In this document: positions 28,142 to 37,588 of the stretch, in pieces
Numbering within the stretch: the first letter of the stretch is position 1
Layout of the letters: every line of letters begins with the position of its first letter
Assembly (NCBI GenBank): GCA_041694815.1
Contig: JBGFSC010000025.1
Span: 1-64,000, forward strand
DNA length: 64,000 bases
Direction: 5' to 3'
Origin: Elusimicrobiota bacterium
Lineage (GTDB): Bacteria; Elusimicrobiota; Elusimicrobia; UBA1565; JACRDR01
The notes under the pieces: model-generated
Databases searched by the model: none
Seen by the model: only the letters and a program-made list of their open reading frames with translations
What the model was told of the DNA's origin: nothing
Translations under genes and position numbers: made by a program

Positions 28142-30366
28142 CAGTACAAGACGGCGATCTTAAAGCGCTGGGTGTCGCTGCGGCCCGCATAGGCCTTGCG
28201 GATCTGGGCGATATACCCGCCGGGCGCCACTCGGCGGCCCGCGTCGTTGGAGCCGTTCCAAGTCCACACCTGGTTGCCGGCCGCATCCACGCGCCGGGAC
28301 TCCTCATGCACCAGATCCCCTTGGAGAGTGTAGATGCGCAAGGTGACGTCGGCGGCCTCCTCGAGCGAGAAGCCGATGTTCGTGGGGCCCGTCTGCGGAT
28401 CGAATGGATTGGGCCAGTTATAGGGCTTGGAAATCCGTGCCGCTTGGGCCGGCACGAAGACGCTCACGGGAGGGCTCGAATCCGAGAAGCTGCTGCTCAA
28501 ATCGGCGTTGCTCTGCGCCCGGACCCTGGCGTAGTAGGTCCGCCCCGTCGCCAGGCCGGCCACCGTATAACTCAAGACGTTGCCGACGTTGACGCTCGCG
28601 AAATCCGCGGTACCCGGGATGGTGCCGATCTCGAAGACGTAGTATTGGATGCCCGAAGCGCTACTGGCCGCGCTCCAACGGAAGGTGGCGGTGCCGTCAT
28701 AGGAAAAAGGGCTGTCCGCTCTGGGTGCGCCGGGAGGCTGCGGCGGCACGGTGCTCGTCGCGATCGAAAAGGTCTGCGTGAAGGGGGTTCGGATGCCGTC
28801 CGAATTGACGGCGCGCACGCGCAGGTAATATACGGTTTCCGGGGTCAGGCCGCCGGGCGAGGAGGACAGGCCCACGACGAAACCCGTCTGCGCCGCGGCG
28901 CTGAAATCGGAGACGGTCGACAGCCACACCTCGTAGGTGGTCGAGGAATGGTTTGGCGGTGAGCCCGGGCCCCAATTGAAGGTCAGGCCCGTCTGCTGCA
29001 CCGCGCTAAAGGTCGAGACCCCCGAGGGCGGGCCCGGCGTGTTGGCCAGGGTGTGGGTTGTAACGACCAAAGATGGCAAGCTGTCTCCCCAATCCGTGAA
29101 GGCGGTGATAAAGCGGGAATAGGTGGTGTTCGGGAGCAGGCCCTCTTCGATCACCGACGACACGGTGCTCAGGACGCTTTTTTGCGGGGAGGGCAACGGC
29201 GGCAGAGAGGAGGAGGCATGGACATGGAATTCCCGTATCCCCGAAACGCCATCCCCCCAGGCGAGCGAAGAATTCCAACTCCACGTGATCGAGGTGATAA
29301 ACACGGGGCCGACCGCGACGTTAGAGGGCGAGGACGCGATGATGCCGAAGCTGATCGTCCCGGTGGAACCGTTGTTGACCGTACCCGTGGATTCGAAATT
29401 CCCCGTTCCTCCGCCCTTGCCCCCGACGAATCCTATCGCCGTCGATAAGATGATGGAGAAGCTCGAGGGAGAAACGTAATATAACTTTATCCGCCCCCCG
29501 GCCCCGCCCCCACCGGGATTGAGAGTGCCCCCCGCAGGAGTTTGAACATGGCCGCCGTTGCCTCCTTTCGCGGAAAGAGAACCGGAGCCGCCAAACCAGG
29601 CGTATCCCGGCGCGCGAATGACAATGCCCCCGCCCCCGCCGCCGCCCCCGCCCCCCGGATGATTGCCGACATTTAAATCCGTAGCCGAGGCTCCGGCGGC
29701 TCCGTCGGCCAGAACGCTTCCGTTGCCGGCGAACGTAATAGAACTTGCCTCCAAATAAACGCTGGCACCACCCGGTCCGCCCGCGCCGCTCGAGGCATTG
29801 GCATTATCGCCGCCCCCTCCGCCGCCGCCGCCGGAACCCATGGCGGCATCGTCGCGGGAAATCGGCAAGGTTACCGTTCCACTTGAAAAATACGCGGCAC
29901 CCCCGGCCCCTCCCCCACTCCCCCCGCCTTGGCCACCGGAATTGCCGTACCCTCCGCCGCCGCCGCCCTTATACAAAGCGCCGCCGGCGCCCGCCCCCGA
30001 CGGCCCAGCCCCAAGTCCCGTCGAACCGCTACTGCGTACGCCAGCGGCCCCGCTGGCCCCTCCGCTGCCACCGACAGTTCCGCCCCCGACTCCATTGATA
30101 GTGCCGAAAATCGATACCGTGGAGGCATAAATGACAAGCGGCGTGCCCTGATAAACGAAAACCGTTGTCCCCACGCCGATGGAGAACAAGCGTACGTTGG
30201 AGAATGTGCCTTGCAAGGTGTCGCCATTGCCGCACGTTTCGGCGGCTCCGCATACCGCCGAACCGTCGCAGATCAAATCCAAGCCCCCACAGTCGCGGCC
30301 CGCGATGATGGCCGCCTGCGCGGGCGGGCGCGCCAACAGCAAGAACAGCGAAAGCCAGGCTGTCAT
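28141..30366 (-). CDS. Secreted Gly-rich/FN3 protein with a C-terminal FlgD-Ig/T9SS-CTD-like domain
   Basis: Signal peptide; poly-Gly stretches; FN3 ends (LTPETVYYLRVRAVN, LATGRTYYARVRA); tail YNWPNPF..IYTLQGDLV..WNGSNDAGRRVAPGGY..KIAVLY. Confidence 0.85.
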   Translation of the reverse strand: MTAWLSLFLLLARPPAQAAIIAGRDCGGLDLICDGSAVCGAAETCGNGDTLQGTFSNVRLFSIGVGTTVFVYQGTPLVIYASTVSIFGTINGVGGGTVGGSGGASGAAGVRSSGSTGLGAGPSGAGAGGALYKGGGGGGYGNSGGQGGGSGGGAGGAAYFSSGTVTLPISRDDAAMGSGGGGGGGGDNANASSGAGGPGGASVYLEASSITFAGNGSVLADGAAGASATDLNVGNHPGGGGGGGGGGIVIRAPGYAWFGGSGSLSAKGGNGGHVQTPAGGTLNPGGGGAGGRIKLYYVSPSSFSIILSTAIGFVGGKGGGTGNFESTGTVNNGSTGTISFGIIASSPSNVAVGPVFITSITWSWNSSLAWGDGVSGIREFHVHASSSLPPLPSPQKSVLSTVSSVIEEGLLPNTTYSRFITAFTDWGDSLPSLVVTTHTLANTPGPPSGVSTFSAVQQTGLTFNWGPGSPPNHSSTTYEVWLSTVSDFSAAAQTGFVVGLSSSPGGLTPETVYYLRVRAVNSDGIRTPFTQTFSIATSTVPPQPPGAPRADSPFSYDGTATFRWSAASSASGIQYYVFEIGTIPGTADFASVNVGNVLSYTVAGLATGRTYYARVRAQSNADLSSSFSDSSPPVSVFVPAQAARISKPYNWPNPFDPQTGPTNIGFSLEEAADVTLRIYTLQGDLVHEESRRVDAAGNQVWTWNGSNDAGRRVAPGGYIAQIRKAYAGRSDTQRFKIAVLY

Positions 30367-32192
30367 CGTGGGGATATTTTCAAGGCGGCGTCGACTTTTT
30401 CCTTGAGTTTCCGGGCGTTCTCATCGGCGGGATCCAAGGCGAAAATCTCGTTGAGCCTGGCCTGGGCTTCCTCGTAGCGGGCCTTGAGATAACCGTCGAC
30501 GGCCATATAGTACTTCTTCTCGATCTGCTTGCGAACCTCCTCCGACAACGGCGCCTTAAGCGTCCTCTGCAACTCGGAGATGCGGGAGCGAACCTCCGTG
30601 TTTTGCGGGTCCTCCGACAACACGGCGTCGTAGGCGGCCAAGGCCTTGCCGACCTGCCCCGCGACCATCCAGCGTTCGCCCTCCTCGATCTTGGCCCCGA
30701 TGAATCGCGTCCTGAGGCCCTCGACATCGCGCGCGGCCCGCGCCAGTTCCGGATCGCCAGGGACCAGCTTGGCGGCGCGCTCCGACTGCTGCAGCGCCTC
30801 GCGATAGCGGCCCTTCTCCGCCAAGGCCCTCGCCGAGGCCATGGCCGAGCGCGCCTGCTGGCGGGCGCGCTCGCGCCTTGCCCGCTCGGCCTCGGATTCG
30901 ACCTGGCCCAAGGCGCGCTCGATCGCGGCGGTCGCCTCCCTCGCCTCGCGATGGCCGGGATCGACGTCGAGCACGTTCTTCCAGTAGGAAAGGCTGGCCA
31001 CGAGATTGCCCCGGCGCTGCTGCTCGCGAGCCAACAACGCCATTCGCTCGGCGATCTGACGGTTGACGGCCTCCTCCACCTGGGAAAGCACCTCGCGTAG
31101 CCGCCGGCCGATGGAAAGGTCGTCGGGGTCCCAAAGCATCGCCGCCTCGAGGTCGCTGACAGCCTTGGAGTAATTATTGCGTTCGAGAGCCGCTTCCGCC
31201 TCCGCGCGGTAGGCCCGGGCCAGTCGCTTGGCCTCCTCCCGAGTCAGCTTCTGGATGCCGCGCCGGATGATTTCCTGGAGCTCCTCCGGGGTCTGGCCGA
31301 AAGCCAAGCGCAAGCTCATCTGATGGCTCAGGCCCAGATCGTGCAGCAAAATGGCGTAATCTACCTGCGTGTTGCCCCAGCGGAAACCCACCCCGGTCGA
31401 GATTCCCTTCTCCTGCATGCCGAGCCTGAGGGCGGCCATGCGTTCGCGCCAGAACTCCACCCCCCCTGAAGCCGAAGGCGACTGTCCCTCGGTGGAAGCG
31501 ATCCTCGCGGCCGCGACCCAATGGAAACCCTGCGGCGATCCTCCCTCGTAGGCGGCGGAGCCGTCGAAGCGCCGCGGATACGAGATGGATTGGGAGATGA
31601 ATCGGATCTCGGGCGCCACCGCGTTTTGATACAGGAGTCCCACCCGCAGGCGCGCCAGTGGCCGCGCCTGCGCTCCCAAATCGGCGCCCCAGCCCCCGGC
31701 GTTGGCGGTGTCAATCGTCTCGCGCACCCCTTTAAGGGCGAAACCGAGGCTCGTCGGGAAAAACGCCTTAAAGGCCTTGCCCCAAGCGCCAATGAAGGCG
31801 GTTTGGGAAACGGAAAAATTACCGGGGCTGTCGGAGGGGCCCGAGCGCCGCTCGAACCCCCCGGAGGACTGCAGGAGGTATCCGGCGCCGAACGCGCCCC
31901 ATTTCTGGGTGGGGATCGCCGCGGCGGCGACGTCGAAGGCCGTATCTTCGAACAGGATCACATGCGTCGCCGTCAGCTCCGGTTTCTTCAGCGAGGCCAG
32001 GCCCGCCGGGTTCCAATAAATGGAGGAGGCGTCGTCGACGACGGCGCCGAAGGCTCCGCCGAGCGCCGACGCGCGGGCCCCGAGCTCCTGCCGGAGGAAG
32101 GCTCCCGGCTGGCCGGCGCTCGCGGCCGCCCGCGCCGATAAGGGCGTGCCGACCGACAATACGAACATCAATAAGGAAAATGTATTCCTCAA
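30363..32192 (-). CDS. PorV/PorQ-like (FadL-fold) barrel fused to a long TPR region
   Basis: FLRQELGARASALGGAFGAVVDDASSIYWNPAGLA; DLGLSHQMSL; C-terminal TPR repeats; start uncertain (TTG 32192 or ATG 32168). Confidence 0.8.
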   Translation of the reverse strand: MRNTFSLLMFVLSVGTPLSARAAASAGQPGAFLRQELGARASALGGAFGAVVDDASSIYWNPAGLASLKKPELTATHVILFEDTAFDVAAAAIPTQKWGAFGAGYLLQSSGGFERRSGPSDSPGNFSVSQTAFIGAWGKAFKAFFPTSLGFALKGVRETIDTANAGGWGADLGAQARPLARLRVGLLYQNAVAPEIRFISQSISYPRRFDGSAAYEGGSPQGFHWVAAARIASTEGQSPSASGGVEFWRERMAALRLGMQEKGISTGVGFRWGNTQVDYAILLHDLGLSHQMSLRLAFGQTPEELQEIIRRGIQKLTREEAKRLARAYRAEAEAALERNNYSKAVSDLEAAMLWDPDDLSIGRRLREVLSQVEEAVNRQIAERMALLAREQQRRGNLVASLSYWKNVLDVDPGHREAREATAAIERALGQVESEAERARRERARQQARSAMASARALAEKGRYREALQQSERAAKLVPGDPELARAARDVEGLRTRFIGAKIEEGERWMVAGQVGKALAAYDAVLSEDPQNTEVRSRISELQRTLKAPLSEEVRKQIEKKYYMAVDGYLKARYEEAQARLNEIFALDPADENARKLKEKVDAALKISPR

Positions 32193-32240
32193 TAGACCAG
32201 CTTCTCGGCGCCCGCATATTGTTAAGGGCCCGCGCCGAAT

Positions 32241-32280
32241 TGTCAAGGCGTGACAAAAATCCCATTGACAAAGTTTGACA
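32241..32280. promoter_or_regulatory. TGACA repeat cluster in the divergent promoter
   Basis: TGTCA at 32241; TGACA at 32251, 32266 and 32276. Confidence 0.55.
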
Positions 32281-32313
32281 TGGGAACCATCCTATAGGTC
32301 GCATCGGAGGCGC

Positions 32314-32988
32314 ATGGCCCGGATACTGAGCATCGAAGATGACGCCGAGCTGCAGCATCTCATCGGCCTGACCCTGCACGGCAACGGCTACGAGGTGCAT
32401 TACGCCTTCACCGGCAAGGAAGGGTACGAAAAAATCCTTTCCCTCCATCCGCATTTGATCATCCTCGACCTCATGCTGCCTGTCATGAACGGCATCGAGG
32501 TCATGAAGGCCCTCAAGGAGAACAAGAGCGTGACCGATATTCCGGTCATCGTCATCACCGCCTTCGGCGACGAAGTCAGCATGCTCGAGCACTCGGTCAA
32601 GGCCCTGGGCGCGGTGGAATACCTGCGCAAGCCGATCGAAATGCCCCGTTTGCTCAGCCATATCAAGCGCGTCTTAGAATCCCACCCTACACGCGAGAAG
32701 CCTAGCGCGGAGCTAAGAAAAGGAGCGGTTCGGGCCGACCCCCGTTTTAGGACCGTGTGGATCGACGATCGCTTGGTCGCGACTCTATCGGTCAAGCGCT
32801 TCGAGCTTCTCAAGGCTCTCATGGAACAGGATGGAGAAATAAAAAAGGATGAATTGTTAAGCAAAATTTCAGATGGAGAGAGCTCGATGTTCGCTCTCGA
32901 AAAGACCATACAACGGCTGCGGGAAGATTTAGGGACAGAAAGCAGAAGGATACAGACCACCTTCGGCGGCTACGAATTAATTGGCTGA
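32314..32988 (+). CDS. OmpR/PhoB-family response regulator
   Basis: ILSIEDD, ILDLMLP, YLRKP receiver; winged-helix end IQRLREDLG..IQTTFGGY; SD GGAGG. Confidence 0.9.
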   Translation: MARILSIEDDAELQHLIGLTLHGNGYEVHYAFTGKEGYEKILSLHPHLIILDLMLPVMNGIEVMKALKENKSVTDIPVIVITAFGDEVSMLEHSVKALGAVEYLRKPIEMPRLLSHIKRVLESHPTREKPSAELRKGAVRADPRFRTVWIDDRLVATLSVKRFELLKALMEQDGEIKKDELLSKISDGESSMFALEKTIQRLREDLGTESRRIQTTFGGYELIG

Positions 32989-33069
32989 CAACGCCTGACA
33001 CCATAGGCCTTGATTGTGACGGCAGGCCCCCTTATTCTACCTATTAGCGTTTCTGACAAGACGCTGACA
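32986..33069. promoter_or_regulatory. Two TGACA direct-repeat pairs upstream of the Kelch cargo gene
   Basis: TGACA at 32986 and 32996 (10-bp period), and at 33054 and 33065 (11-bp period). Confidence 0.55.
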
Positions 33070-36000
33070 TGCCTCCATTACGAACGCTTAAAGGCATTCT
33101 TTTGTGCGCGGCGTTGGCCCTGCCGGCCAAGGCCGAGTCCGCGTTTTCCTCACTCACGCCTTTGCCCGACGGCTATTTCGGGCATAGTCTGGCGGCCGCG
33201 CACGGCTTCTTATACCACTGCGGTGGCCTAAGCTCCAGCAACGGCATTGGCGACGGGGACAAGGTTTATTACGCCAAAATATTGGCCCCGGGGAAGATCG
33301 GACCTTGGCTCCAGGGCCCTGCCTTGCCCGAGCCTGCGTTTTTTCACGCCGGCGCCGCCTGGAACCGGACATTGTACGTGCTGGGGGGCTATCATTTCCG
33401 AGACGGCTTCACGGTATCCGGCTCCGTTTACTACTCGAATCTCAACGAAGACGGCAGTCCGGGACCGTGGCACGCGACGGCCTCGCTGCCCGAAGGATTA
33501 TTCCTCCACAGCGCCGCCGTATGGAACGGCACGCTGTACTTGACCGGTGGCTGGAGCGACGGCGGCCTGCTCAACAGCGTTTATTCGGCGGCAATCCGCG
33601 AAGACGGCAGCCTAGGTCCCTGGACTCCGCAAACGCCCCTGCCGCAAGGCGTCTACGCGCATACCACCGTGCAGGACGGGACGATCTATGTGATCGGAGG
33701 GGCGATCCAAAACGGCACCCAGATCCACAACGGCGTCTATTTTTCGAAGATCAAGGCCGACCGCAATTTGTCCGAGTGGCAGAGCGGCACGCCGTTGCCC
33801 GAGGCGATAGCCAATCATATCTCGGCCGTCATCGGCGGCCGCGTCTATGTCGCCGGAGGCTGGACCGGCGCCCAGCCGACCGACGCGGTCCGCACGGCGC
33901 CGATACTCGCCGACAAATCCCTCGGCGACTGGCGCGAGGAGTCGCCGTTGCCGGTTAAGCTGTACTACCACGCCGGCGCCTCCGCGGACGGAGTACTCTA
34001 CCTCAGCGGAGGCAATGACACCAATCAGCCAGTAAGCGCCGTCTACTCCTTCGTCGCGCCGGCGCCGCCCCCGCCGCCGCCAATCGCCGATCGCCTGCCT
34101 CCGCGCACGAACCTGGAGGTCGGCACGCCCCTGTTGGCCTCGGCCCCTCCGATCATTTCTCCTGAGACATTGCTGTCGCTCAGCGCGCAAGATGATCGTG
34201 ATACGGTAGGTGACGGCCTGGGCCTCGGCGTGCAGTCCTCCCAATTCTCGATCGACGGCGCCGCCTTCGCCGAGTACGCCTCCCCCCTATCGATTGAATC
34301 CGACGGCGCACACGAATTACGGTATTTCAGCGTCGACAAGGCCGCCAATTCCGAGCCGGTGAAGGCCTGGGCCTTCCAGGTCGACGCGACAGCGCCGCAG
34401 ACGACCCTACAGGTGGGCAGCCCGGTGATCTCGCTCTTCGGGATCGATCTCATCTCGACGAAGACCCCGCTGACACTCTCGGCCGTCGATCCCGTGGTCA
34501 ATGGAACGGCCTCCGGGGTGGACATCATCCGCTACAGCCTCGACGATGGAACCGAGACGACCTATGCCGGCCCATTTTCCCTCCCGGAGGGCTGGCATAC
34601 CCTGAGCTTCGGCGCCACGGACCGTATCGGCCATCGCGAAGGCCGGCAAACGGCGACCTTGCTCGCCGGCTCCCTTCTGGAAGACTCCATCGCCGGAATC
34701 GATTCGATCCGTCTCTCGGGCGGCGCCTCGTTGACGGGAACGGCGCGGACCAACGGGACCTTGACCCTCGAGGGTCGCTCGACGGTCAACGGCGACGCCT
34801 ATGCGATGGCGGCCAGCGTCACGGGCAAGAGCGAAATCAAGGGGACCCTGCGCCAAGGGGCCGCGACCCTACCCTCCTCGTTGGACCTAACGGCGTTCCG
34901 CGCCTGGGCCGAGGCGCATCATGACAACGCACGGATCGCCGATCATCTCGCGGGCGGGACTCTCGCGCTCGATGGCAAAACGCGGCTGATCCTGCCGTCC
35001 GGCAGCTATTTCCTCTCGGGGCTCAAGCTCTCCGGCGGCGCGGAGCTGGAAATGTCTGGAACCGTGCACATTTTCCTCACGGGAGCTCTAGACATCAGCG
35101 GCGACGGCGCCTTGAACGCCTCGGGAGACGCCAATTCGCTATGGATTTTCTCCGACCACGGCCAAGCGTCGATCGCCGGGAAGGGCCGCGCCGCCCTCCA
35201 TCTCTACGCCCCGAACGCGGACATATCCATCACGGGTAGCGGGCAGATGGCGGGGCGCCTGCTCGGCAAAAGCGTCTTTCTCGCCGGCCGGGCCAGCCAG
35301 CCCTCGATGACGGCTCTGGCACCAGTCGAGCATCGCCCGGGCGCCGCCCAAAAAATTCGCGCCCCCAAACCGGTCGCCAAAGCCTCCTCGGCCGCTTCCT
35401 CGGTCAAGGCCTCGGCGCTGCCGGCGCTGCGCTTTGGCGACGGCTCGGCCTTCTCCCTCGTCCACGCCGGCGGCAGCGCCGTACGTTCCCATCTGCGGCA
35501 CGGGGTGGTCATTCCCGAGGGAGCCCTCCGAGCCCCCTCCGTAGCCATCTCCGTGGCTAAGGAAAACGCCGCCGCCGCAGAGCTCGAGCGCCGGCGCGCG
35601 GCGATGTCCGCGCGCTCCCTCGTCGAAGTGGGATCTCCAGTTTCCTACGGCCCGGAAGGGACTCGCTTCTCCAAGCCGGTCACCTTGGAGCTGGCCTACG
35701 AGCGCGCCCGACTTCCGGCGAATGTTTCCGAGAACCAACTGGCCGTGCATTACTGGAATCCGGCGACCGGCCAGTGGGAGGCACTCCCCTCGCAGGTGGA
35801 CGCGCAGGCCCAGATCGTGCGCGCCCAGACGGATCATTTTTCGACCTATCAATTGTTGGCGGGCGGCAAGCCCTCCGCCTCCTCCTCCGGGCTCAGCCTC
35901 GGCGAGACCTACGTATTCCCCAACCCCGCGCGGGGCGGCGAGTCCCCGAAATTCCATATCGAATCCTCGGCCGACGCCGTGGATATCCGCGTTTTCGACG

Positions 36001-36170
36001 TATCCGGCGAGGTGAAGTACAACGTCAGCATCGGCAATCCGCCGGCGTCGCTCGAGCACACCTGGGACATCTCGGGGGTGGGAAGCGGCGTCTACTCCTA
36101 CGTCGTGACCGCCCGCAAGGACGGGCAAGGGGCCCTGCGTAAAACCGGCAAACTGGCGGTGATCAAATGA
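33069..36170 (+). CDS. Large secreted multidomain protein: Kelch propeller, two Ig-like domains, beta-solenoid, ZU5-like domain, T9SS-CTD-like tail
   Basis: Six LYxxGG..W Kelch repeats; YFSVDKAANSE Ig-like repeat; IPEGAL..YGPEGTRFSKPVTL..TDHFS; tail YVFPNP..IRVFDVSGE..SGVYSY..KLAVIK. Confidence 0.85.
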   Translation: MPPLRTLKGILLCAALALPAKAESAFSSLTPLPDGYFGHSLAAAHGFLYHCGGLSSSNGIGDGDKVYYAKILAPGKIGPWLQGPALPEPAFFHAGAAWNRTLYVLGGYHFRDGFTVSGSVYYSNLNEDGSPGPWHATASLPEGLFLHSAAVWNGTLYLTGGWSDGGLLNSVYSAAIREDGSLGPWTPQTPLPQGVYAHTTVQDGTIYVIGGAIQNGTQIHNGVYFSKIKADRNLSEWQSGTPLPEAIANHISAVIGGRVYVAGGWTGAQPTDAVRTAPILADKSLGDWREESPLPVKLYYHAGASADGVLYLSGGNDTNQPVSAVYSFVAPAPPPPPPIADRLPPRTNLEVGTPLLASAPPIISPETLLSLSAQDDRDTVGDGLGLGVQSSQFSIDGAAFAEYASPLSIESDGAHELRYFSVDKAANSEPVKAWAFQVDATAPQTTLQVGSPVISLFGIDLISTKTPLTLSAVDPVVNGTASGVDIIRYSLDDGTETTYAGPFSLPEGWHTLSFGATDRIGHREGRQTATLLAGSLLEDSIAGIDSIRLSGGASLTGTARTNGTLTLEGRSTVNGDAYAMAASVTGKSEIKGTLRQGAATLPSSLDLTAFRAWAEAHHDNARIADHLAGGTLALDGKTRLILPSGSYFLSGLKLSGGAELEMSGTVHIFLTGALDISGDGALNASGDANSLWIFSDHGQASIAGKGRAALHLYAPNADISITGSGQMAGRLLGKSVFLAGRASQPSMTALAPVEHRPGAAQKIRAPKPVAKASSAASSVKASALPALRFGDGSAFSLVHAGGSAVRSHLRHGVVIPEGALRAPSVAISVAKENAAAAELERRRAAMSARSLVEVGSPVSYGPEGTRFSKPVTLELAYERARLPANVSENQLAVHYWNPATGQWEALPSQVDAQAQIVRAQTDHFSTYQLLAGGKPSASSSGLSLGETYVFPNPARGGESPKFHIESSADAVDIRVFDVSGEVKYNVSIGNPPASLEHTWDISGVGSGVYSYVVTARKDGQGALRKTGKLAVIK

Positions 36171-37075
36171 GGGGCCTGGGGCCGGCGTTTCTGGCGCTCC
36201 TGCTTCAGGCCGGCACCGCCCGAGCGGCCGAGACGGCCTCTTTCCTCAAACTTACGCCCGGCGCGCGCGCCGTCGGACTTGGCGACGCCTTCACCGGCGC
36301 GGCCGACGATTTGAGCGCCCTGCACTTTAATCCCGCGGGACTGGCCCAACTTAGCTCGAGAGAGGCCGGCTTCACCCATGCCGAGCTCTTCCAAGGCGCT
36401 CGATTCAACGCTTTGAGCTATGCGCACCCGAGCGGCCGCGGCACCTGGGCCGCCGGCCTGCTCCATCTCGCCCAGGACGGCATCGAGGGCCGCGATTCCA
36501 ACCGCAATCCCACCGGCTCCTTCGGCGCCTCCGATACGGCCGTCCAATTGGGCTACAGCCGGGGCATCGGCGGGCGCTCCGTCATGGCGGGCCTTTCGGT
36601 CAAATATATCGAGAGCCGCCTGGCCGACGCCTCCGCCCGGACCGTCGCCTTCGATCTGGGCTATTTGCAGCGCGTCTCGGGGCCGCTATCCTTGGGCGCC
36701 GCCGTGCTCAACCTCGGGCCGGGCATGCGCTACCTCGACGAGACCCAGAGCCTTCCGCTCTCCGTGGCTTTCGGCGCGGGCCTGCGGCTGATCGGCGCCA
36801 TGCTGCTGACGGCCGATTACCGGCAGCGTCCCGAGACCGGGAAATCCTCCATCAGCGTGGGCACCGAATACACCGTATTCTCGTCGCTGGCGCTGCGGGG
36901 CGGCTATCTGTCTAGGATGCAGAGCCCCTCGGCCGGCGGGGGCTCGGCGCTGGGTACCCAGGGGCTCGGGATGGGCTTCGGCGTCAAAATGCGCCGCGGC
37001 AGCCTCGATTACTCCTTTTCCCCCTACGGCGAGCTGGGGCATGCCCAGCGCATCTCGCTTTCGTCGCGTTTTTGA
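36167..37075 (+). CDS. PorV/PorQ-family outer-membrane protein
   Basis: FLKLTPGARAVGLGDAF..ADDLSALHFNPAGLA; DYSFSPYGELG; terminal F; ATGA-coupled to the cargo gene. Confidence 0.82.
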   Translation: MRGLGPAFLALLLQAGTARAAETASFLKLTPGARAVGLGDAFTGAADDLSALHFNPAGLAQLSSREAGFTHAELFQGARFNALSYAHPSGRGTWAAGLLHLAQDGIEGRDSNRNPTGSFGASDTAVQLGYSRGIGGRSVMAGLSVKYIESRLADASARTVAFDLGYLQRVSGPLSLGAAVLNLGPGMRYLDETQSLPLSVAFGAGLRLIGAMLLTADYRQRPETGKSSISVGTEYTVFSSLALRGGYLSRMQSPSAGGGSALGTQGLGMGFGVKMRRGSLDYSFSPYGELGHAQRISLSSRF

Positions 37076-37082
37076 ACGAAAA

Positions 37083-37111
37083 TTGACAGTCCCGGCGGCT
37101 TCTGTTATACT
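37083..37111 (+). promoter_or_regulatory. Sigma70 promoter, probably giving a leaderless bcp mRNA
   Basis: TTGACA-N17-TATACT with an extended TG; GTG start 6 nt after the -10 box. Confidence 0.8.
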
Positions 37112-37117
37112 GCCTTC

Positions 37118-37588
37118 GTGCCAGCCAAAACGGCCGAACTTTCCGTCGGCGACCCCGCCCCGGACTTCTCCCTTGTCGACGAGCAGGGCCAGACCCATTC
37201 CCTGGACGGTTACCGGGGGAAAACCGTCATCCTATATTTCTACCCCAAGGACATGACCTCCGGCTGCACGGCGGAGGCCTGCGATTTCAGGGACAATTAC
37301 AATAAATGCGCCCGCAAAGGGGCCTCCATCCTCGGCATTAGCCCCGATGACGCGAAGAGCCACTTGAAATTTGCCCAGAAGTACAAGCTTCCCTTCCCTC
37401 TGCTTTGCGACACGGAAAAAGCCATGTGCAAGGCCTACGGAGTGTGGAAGGAAAAGTCCATGTACGGCCGCAAATACATGGGCGTGGAGCGCTCCACATT
37501 CGTCATCGCCCCCGACGGGCGGTTGAAGCAGGTCCACCGCAAGGTGAGCGTTCCCGGCCACGTCGAGGCCGTGCTGGGAGGGCTTTGA
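37118..37588 (+). CDS. bcp: Peroxiredoxin Bcp/PrxQ
   Basis: LYFYPKDMTSGCTAEACDFRD, ERSTFVI. Confidence 0.95.
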   Translation: MPAKTAELSVGDPAPDFSLVDEQGQTHSLDGYRGKTVILYFYPKDMTSGCTAEACDFRDNYNKCARKGASILGISPDDAKSHLKFAQKYKLPFPLLCDTEKAMCKAYGVWKEKSMYGRKYMGVERSTFVIAPDGRLKQVHRKVSVPGHVEAVLGGL

